A stretch of 21,913 nucleotides of DNA from Candidatus Eiseniibacteriota bacterium (GTDB taxonomy: Bacteria > Eisenbacteria > RBG-16-71-46): contig JBGPFC010000051.1 of the NCBI GenBank assembly GCA_041483195.1, forward strand, positions 1 to 21,913. The letters are read 5' to 3'. Below the pieces are notes generated by a model, which did no database searches, was not told the DNA's origin, and saw only the letters and a list, made by a program, of their open reading frames with translations. Positions 16,848 to 21,913 of the stretch are shown piece by piece (position 1 is the first letter of the stretch; every line of letters begins with the position of its first letter). The translations under genes and the position numbers were made by a program.

Positions 16848-18947
16848 ATGACCAGCGATCAGGCCGCGAGCCCCGCGCTGCTCCCATCGCCGCGGGGGCG
16901 CATCCCCGCGCTGGTCTCCCTCGGCGCCGGCCTCGCGTCCTTCGCGGCATACGCCGCGACCGCCTGCCGCACCATCACGTGGTGGGACGGGAGCAGCTAT
17001 CCGCTCGCGGCGTTCACGCTGGGCATCCCGTCGCCGCCCGGGTCCCTCCTGCTCACGTTGCTGGGCTGGGTGGCGAGCCGGATCCCGCTGGTCCATCCGG
17101 TCGCGTTCCAGCTCAACCTGTTCGCCGCCCTCATGGCCGCGGCGCTGGTGAGCGTGGTCACGTGGCTCGGGATCGGCATCGCCACCCCGCACGACCGCGC
17201 GCCCGGCGCGGGCGAATGCTTTGCGGGCGCGGTCGCGGGACTCGGGCTCGCATTCGGCGTGAGCGCGTGGTCGTACGCCGTTCAGTTCACGCCATACATT
17301 CTCAGCGCGCTGTTCACCGCCGTGATCCTCGCGGCCGCGCTCGACTGGTGGAGACACGCCGCGAACGCGGATGAGCCGCGGCGGTTGTTCCTCCTGTTCC
17401 TGCTCTTCGGGCTCGACTTCAGCGTCCATCGCACCAACACGCTGCTGCTGCCCGCGGCGGTGGTCTGGGTCGCCCTGCGCCGGCCGGGCGCGCTCTTCCG
17501 CCCGCGCGGATGGGGCGCGATCGGCGCGGGCCTGCTGCTCGGGCTCGCGTTCCACCTGCTGCTGATCCCGATCGCCGCGCGCGATCCCGGGTTCGACATG
17601 GAGGAGCCGAGCAGCCTGGCGCGCCTCTGGTACTACGTGTCGATCGGCGAGAAGGGCGGCGGATTCCTGGTCGACCTGCTGCCGCGGAAATCAGACTTCC
17701 TGCGCGTCCAGCTCGCCGACTACGTGGCGTTCCTGCGCAGGAATCTGTCGCCGCCCGGGTCGTGGGCGTGGCTGATCGTCCCCGCGCTGCTCCCGCTCAT
17801 CGGCGGAATCGTGGCGGTCGCACGCGCCGCGCGCAGGACGCTCGGCCTGCTCGCGTTCTTTCTCTGCTCGAGCCTCGGGGCGGTGATCTACTTCAACCTG
17901 CCGGCGCATTACTTCCGCACCATGGACCGGCATTACCTGCCGTCGCTCGTGATCCTCGCGCCGCTGGCGGGCGTGGGTGCGAGCGCGCTGATCCGGCTTG
18001 CGTCGCGCGCTCGCGCGGGCGTTCGACTCGCTCTCGCATCCGGTGCGTGCGGGCTGGTGCTGCTCGGCCCCGTTCACTCGTTCGCGACCAATCGGACAAC
18101 GTGCGATCTCTCACGCACGCGCTTCGCCGAGACCTACTCGCGCGACGTGATCGAGCCGCTCGATGAGGGCGCGTTCCTGATGGTCCAGGGCGACAACGAC
18201 ACGTTTCCGCTCTGGTATCTCCAGCAGGTGGAGGGCGTGCGAAGGGACGTCACGCTCGTCCACCTGCCGCTCTCGAACATCGGCTGGTATGTCGCGCAAC
18301 TGCGCAGGCGCGATCCGAGCTTGTCCCGACTCCTCGAGCGCGAGAAGCAGACGGGGTTGCTGAAGCCCTCGACGAACCCGGACACGCTGGTGACCCTGCC
18401 GGTGGAGGCGGGCGCGCTCACGGAGCTGCCGCCGTCGGCGCGGGCTCCACGCGAGCTGACGCTCCACCTCCCCGGCACGCTCTACGCCGAGGACCGCGTG
18501 GTGCTGGACCTGCTGCGCCTCAATCGCTGGCGACGGCCCGTGTACCTCGCGACCACGGTCACCCGCGATTATCTGCAGTGGCTCTGGCCGTGCGCGCGGC
18601 TCGACGGACTTGCGTGGCGGATCGTGCCCACCACGGATCCGAACGCCTGGGACCTCGAGCACCTGCGGCGCCAGCTGACCGAGAAGGTGCGCTATTCCGG
18701 CGTGGCCGACACGACCATCGCGATGGACTCGGACACGCGCGCCATGTGCGGGAACTACTTCTACGCGCTCTTCACCCTGGCCAGGGCCGAGGCCCAGCGC
18801 GGGGATACCGCGGCGTGCCTCGCGACGCTCGACTTCCTGGATCGCCACGTTCCCCTGAAGCGGACGTCGTGGACGGATGATCCGACGCCCGAGCTCCGCG
18901 CCGCGGTCAAAGCGCAGCTTCCCGCGGAGACGGCGAAGCGCCGCTAG
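16848..18947 (+). CDS. DUF2723/TMEM260-like GT-C membrane glycosyltransferase (699 aa)
   Basis: TITWWD...A.TLGIPSPPG, many transmembrane helices, DRHYLPS and GDNDTFPLWYLQQVEGVRRDV motifs. Confidence 0.82.
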   Translation: MTSDQAASPALLPSPRGRIPALVSLGAGLASFAAYAATACRTITWWDGSSYPLAAFTLGIPSPPGSLLLTLLGWVASRIPLVHPVAFQLNLFAALMAAALVSVVTWLGIGIATPHDRAPGAGECFAGAVAGLGLAFGVSAWSYAVQFTPYILSALFTAVILAAALDWWRHAANADEPRRLFLLFLLFGLDFSVHRTNTLLLPAAVVWVALRRPGALFRPRGWGAIGAGLLLGLAFHLLLIPIAARDPGFDMEEPSSLARLWYYVSIGEKGGGFLVDLLPRKSDFLRVQLADYVAFLRRNLSPPGSWAWLIVPALLPLIGGIVAVARAARRTLGLLAFFLCSSLGAVIYFNLPAHYFRTMDRHYLPSLVILAPLAGVGASALIRLASRARAGVRLALASGACGLVLLGPVHSFATNRTTCDLSRTRFAETYSRDVIEPLDEGAFLMVQGDNDTFPLWYLQQVEGVRRDVTLVHLPLSNIGWYVAQLRRRDPSLSRLLEREKQTGLLKPSTNPDTLVTLPVEAGALTELPPSARAPRELTLHLPGTLYAEDRVVLDLLRLNRWRRPVYLATTVTRDYLQWLWPCARLDGLAWRIVPTTDPNAWDLEHLRRQLTEKVRYSGVADTTIAMDSDTRAMCGNYFYALFTLARAEAQRGDTAACLATLDFLDRHVPLKRTSWTDDPTPELRAAVKAQLPAETAKRR

Positions 18948-19018
18948 CTAGCCGATCCCCCGTCGGAAGCGCGCCCCGACGCGCCCCACCGCGGCGAATC
19001 GTGTAGATTCCCCGCGCC

Positions 19019-19882
19019 ATGAACGCGCCCGCCCCTCCCGACTTCGCGCCGCCCGACCTGCGCTTCGTGCCGGTGGACGCGCTCATCCCCCACGAGCAGC
19101 ACGACGCGCACCGCCTGCAGGCGCTGGTGAGCCGGCTGCGCGCGGAGACCATGCTGCGCAATCCGCCGGTAGTGGCGCCGCTCGATCGCGGCACCGGCGA
19201 GTCCGACATGTTCGTGGTGCTGGACGGCGCCAATCGCGCGAGCGCGGCGCACGCGCTGGGCTGGCCGCACATGCTGGTGCAGGTGGTCTCCTATCGCGAG
19301 CCGGCGGTGCATCTCTCGACCTGGTGTCACGCGCTCGGCGACTACTCGCGCGCGGATTTCGAGGCGCTGCTGCGCGCGGTGCCGGGGCTCGAGTGCCGCG
19401 GCGATCAGCCGCTCCACGCGAGCGCCGTGCTCGCGCGGCGCGACGCGCTCGCGGAGGTGGTGTTCGCCGACGGCGTGGCCGACACGCTGCACGGCGGCCG
19501 CGACCTGCGCGAGCACAACACGCTGCTCAACGCCGTGGTCGACACCTACCGCGCGAGCAAGCGTTTCTACCGCGTCACGAGCGAATCCATCGACGTCGCG
19601 CGCACCGGGCGCCCGGACGTGACGGCGCTGGTGGTGTTCCCGCACTTCGAGCCCGCCGAGGTGATCGAGCTGGCCTCGTGCGGCGAGCGGCTGCCGGCCG
19701 GCATCACGCGCCACGTCATCCGCTGGCGCGCGCTGCGAATCAACATGCCGATCGAGCGGCTCGCGGACACCCGCCTCCCGATCGATGCGAAGAACGCGTG
19801 GCTCAAGACCTGGCTCCACGAGAAGCTGATCCAGCGCGAGGTGCGCTCGTACGAGGAGCCCACCGTGCTGTTCGACGAGTGA
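19019..19882 (+). CDS. SbnI/SerK-like (ParB/Srx fold) putative small-molecule kinase (287 aa)
   Basis: LIPHE, LRNPPVV, VVLDGANR, LPAGITRH and C-terminal VRSYEEPTVLFDE parallel motifs I recall for SbnI; no ParB HTH visible. Confidence 0.65.
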   Translation: MNAPAPPDFAPPDLRFVPVDALIPHEQHDAHRLQALVSRLRAETMLRNPPVVAPLDRGTGESDMFVVLDGANRASAAHALGWPHMLVQVVSYREPAVHLSTWCHALGDYSRADFEALLRAVPGLECRGDQPLHASAVLARRDALAEVVFADGVADTLHGGRDLREHNTLLNAVVDTYRASKRFYRVTSESIDVARTGRPDVTALVVFPHFEPAEVIELASCGERLPAGITRHVIRWRALRINMPIERLADTRLPIDAKNAWLKTWLHEKLIQREVRSYEEPTVLFDE

Positions 19883-19889
19883 GGCCGCG

Positions 19890-20918
19890 ATGAAGGCCGT
19901 GGTGTTCGAGCGGTTCGGCGGGCCCGAGGTGCTGGAACTGCGCGAGGTGCCGGAGCCCGCGATCCGGCCAGACGAGGCCCTGATCGATGTGAAGGCGTGC
20001 GGGATCAACCACCTCGATCTCTGGGTGCGGCAGGGGCTGCGCGGTCTCGAGATCGAGATGCCGCACATCCTCGGCAACGACGTGGTGGGCGTGGTCGCGC
20101 GCGCGGGCGAAGCGGTGCGGCACCTCGCCCCCGGCGATCGCGTGCTGGTGGTGCCGACGATCTCGTGCGGCACGTGCCCAGCGTGCCTGAACGGCGACGA
20201 CAACCTGTGCCGCGACTACGACGTGCTCGGCCGCATGCGCAACGGCGGCTACGCCGAGAAAGTCGCGGTGCCGGCGGCGAACTGCCTGCCGTTCCCCGAA
20301 AACCTCTCGTTCGAGGAGGCGGCGGCGGTGCCGCTCGTGTTCCTCACGGCGTGGCACATGCTGGTGGGGCGCGCGCGGCTTCAGCCCGGGGAAGACTGCC
20401 TCGTGATCGGCGGGAGCAGCGGGGTCGGGAGCGCGGCGATCCAGATCGCGCGGCTGATCGGCGCGCGCGTGATCGCCACCGCCGGGAGCCCCGCGAAGGC
20501 CGAGCGCGTGAAGACGCTCGGCGCTGACGAAGTGGTGGATCACTCGCATCCGGAGTTCTCACGCGAGGTGCGCGCGCTCACCGCGAAGAAGGGCGTCGAG
20601 GTGGCGTTCGAGCACGTGGGCGGCGCGGTGTTCGAGCAGGCGGCCCTGTCGCTCGCGAAGAACGGACGGCTCGTCACCTGCGGCAATACGGTGGGGGCAC
20701 ACGCCAGGCTCGATCTCAACGTGCTGTTCGGCCGGCATCTCTCGATCATGGGATCATGGATGGGCCGGCGCTCGGAGCTGGCCGAGGCGCTGCGATTCAT
20801 TCGCGACGGACGGCTCAAGCCGGTGGTGGATTCCGTCATGCCGCTCGCGCGCGCGGCCGACGCACACCGCCGCATCCAGGCGCGCGAGCATTTCGGGAAG
20901 ATCGTGCTGGTACCCTAG
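19890..20918 (+). CDS. Medium-chain dehydrogenase/reductase with structural Zn site only (342 aa)
   Basis: FGGPEVL, GINHLD, CGTCPAC-x7-C, FLTAWHML, GGSSGVGSAAIQIA and HFGKIVL motifs. Confidence 0.92.
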   Translation: MKAVVFERFGGPEVLELREVPEPAIRPDEALIDVKACGINHLDLWVRQGLRGLEIEMPHILGNDVVGVVARAGEAVRHLAPGDRVLVVPTISCGTCPACLNGDDNLCRDYDVLGRMRNGGYAEKVAVPAANCLPFPENLSFEEAAAVPLVFLTAWHMLVGRARLQPGEDCLVIGGSSGVGSAAIQIARLIGARVIATAGSPAKAERVKTLGADEVVDHSHPEFSREVRALTAKKGVEVAFEHVGGAVFEQAALSLAKNGRLVTCGNTVGAHARLDLNVLFGRHLSIMGSWMGRRSELAEALRFIRDGRLKPVVDSVMPLARAADAHRRIQAREHFGKIVLVP

Positions 20919-20932
20919 GCGCGGATCCAGCC

Positions 20933-21277
20933 ATGTACGAACGCCGGCATCAGCCGCTGCTCCCCCGCCGCAAGTATCTATTGCGCGTCGCACGCGGCGC
21001 AGCGTTCGCGGCGACGCTCATCGGTGGTTCCCTCGGGCTGGGCGTGCTGGGCTATCACGCGTGCGCCGGACTCGGCTGGCTCGACTCGCTGGTCAACGCT
21101 TCGATGATTCTCGCGGGCATGGGGCCGGTGGATCCGGTGCGCTCGGCAGCTGGCAAGTGGTTCGAGTCGGCGTACGCGATCTTCAGCGGCGTGATGTTCC
21201 TCACCAGCGTGGGCGTGCTGTTCGCGCCGGTGGCGCATCGGTTCCTCCATCGCTTCCACCTCGACGCCGGGGAATAG
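20933..21277 (+). CDS. Small membrane protein resembling a 2TM potassium-channel pore domain (114 aa)
   Basis: TM1, then GYH..GLGWLDSLVNASMILAGMGP (pore-helix/filter-like), then AAGKWF and TM2. Start taken as ATG 20933. Confidence 0.65.
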   Translation: MYERRHQPLLPRRKYLLRVARGAAFAATLIGGSLGLGVLGYHACAGLGWLDSLVNASMILAGMGPVDPVRSAAGKWFESAYAIFSGVMFLTSVGVLFAPVAHRFLHRFHLDAGE

Positions 21278-21449
21278 GGAGACGCCGCGCCCCGCGGGCC
21301 TCCGCGCGACAGGCGCAAGTCCACGCGACGAGCGCGCATGCGCCGGCTCCTCCATCCCTAAAGAAATATCTTCTCGATCCCAATCCCGGCGGCGCTAGAA
21401 TGAGCGCACGTCGGGACCCCCCGAGGGCTGAGCCCCATCGGGAGGAATC

Positions 21450-21913
21450 ATGCGCAAGTGGCTCGCTGCGCTGCTCGCCATGTCCACCTCCTGCGCCGTG
21501 CTTTCCGTGCCCGCCATCGCCGGGCCCGGGGACGACGCAGGTATGGATTTTCAGGGCAAGGTTCAGAACGCCCAGCTCGCGCTCGAGCTGCATTCGCGCG
21601 CCGCGCATTTCGGCTCGACCAACACCTCCAACGGCAACGACACCACGTACGTTGGGTACAACCCGGCGTACGCGGCAAGCAACTACTGGTCTATTGGTGT
21701 CGGCGAGCGCCATCCTCGCGGCACTCTGGCCCCTCCGGCCAACGCCGCCCGCGGCTACTGGGACTGGGAAGCTCCGGTTCACGGTGACTCGCTGCAGGGC
21801 TGGTGGCCGGTGCGTCATCAGTACACCGGAACCGGCGGCCTCACGCTGCCGGACGATCAGCGTCCCTGGTGGGCGATCGACATCGGGAACCAGATCAGCT
21901 ACGTGATCAATCA
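21450..21913 (+). CDS. Secreted hypothetical protein, 5' part only (runs off the window)
   Basis: Not in the ORF track. SD GGAGG at 21441 and TAGAAT at 21396. Frame is open to the end: MRKWLAALLAMSTSCAVLSVPAIA|GPGDD...GYWDWE..HGDSLQGWWP...RPWWAIDIGNQISYVIN; Sec-type signal peptide. Confidence 0.85.
   Translation, partial: MRKWLAALLAMSTSCAVLSVPAIAGPGDDAGMDFQGKVQNAQLALELHSRAAHFGSTNTSNGNDTTYVGYNPAYAASNYWSIGVGERHPRGTLAPPANAARGYWDWEAPVHGDSLQGWWPVRHQYTGTGGLTLPDDQRPWWAIDIGNQISYVIN

Noticed and set aside
19019..19882. Chromosome-partition ParB call
   Set aside because: No HTH, no parA neighbour, and the C-terminal motifs fit SbnI/SerK-like proteins better.

Overview
Very GC-rich bacterial chromosomal DNA, almost all coded on the + strand. 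No rRNA, tRNA, CRISPR array, transposase or integrase was recognised. Left end (152-3071): a compositionally distinct run of small accessory genes (membrane protein, VOC/PhnB protein, GNAT broken by an internal deletion, alpha/beta hydrolase, small membrane protein, methyltransferase N-terminal remnant). Then a Ser/Thr kinase-TolB-like-TPR gene coupled to a Tat-exported sulfite-oxidase-family molybdoenzyme and a monoheme cytochrome c (SorAB-like). A minus-strand block encodes a small basic protein, an NDT/TIR-like fold protein and a Cys-motif beta-barrel candidate. Next come glcD-glcE (no glcF), a DUF1028 Ntn-hydrolase, an ABC exporter, a histone-H1-like protein with an acidic tail, a deoxyhypusine-synthase-like enzyme (SpeY-type), a DUF2723/TMEM260-like glycosyltransferase, an SbnI/SerK-like kinase, an MDR oxidoreductase, a minimal channel-like protein and the start of a secreted protein. 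The best candidates for new biology are the SbnI-like kinase/MDR/channel unit, the small-protein plus NDT/TIR-like pair, the H1-like/DHS neighbourhood, and recurrent mini-ORFs that bridge adjacent genes through double (A/G)TGA overlaps. All family calls come from motif recognition by eye, not from database searches.
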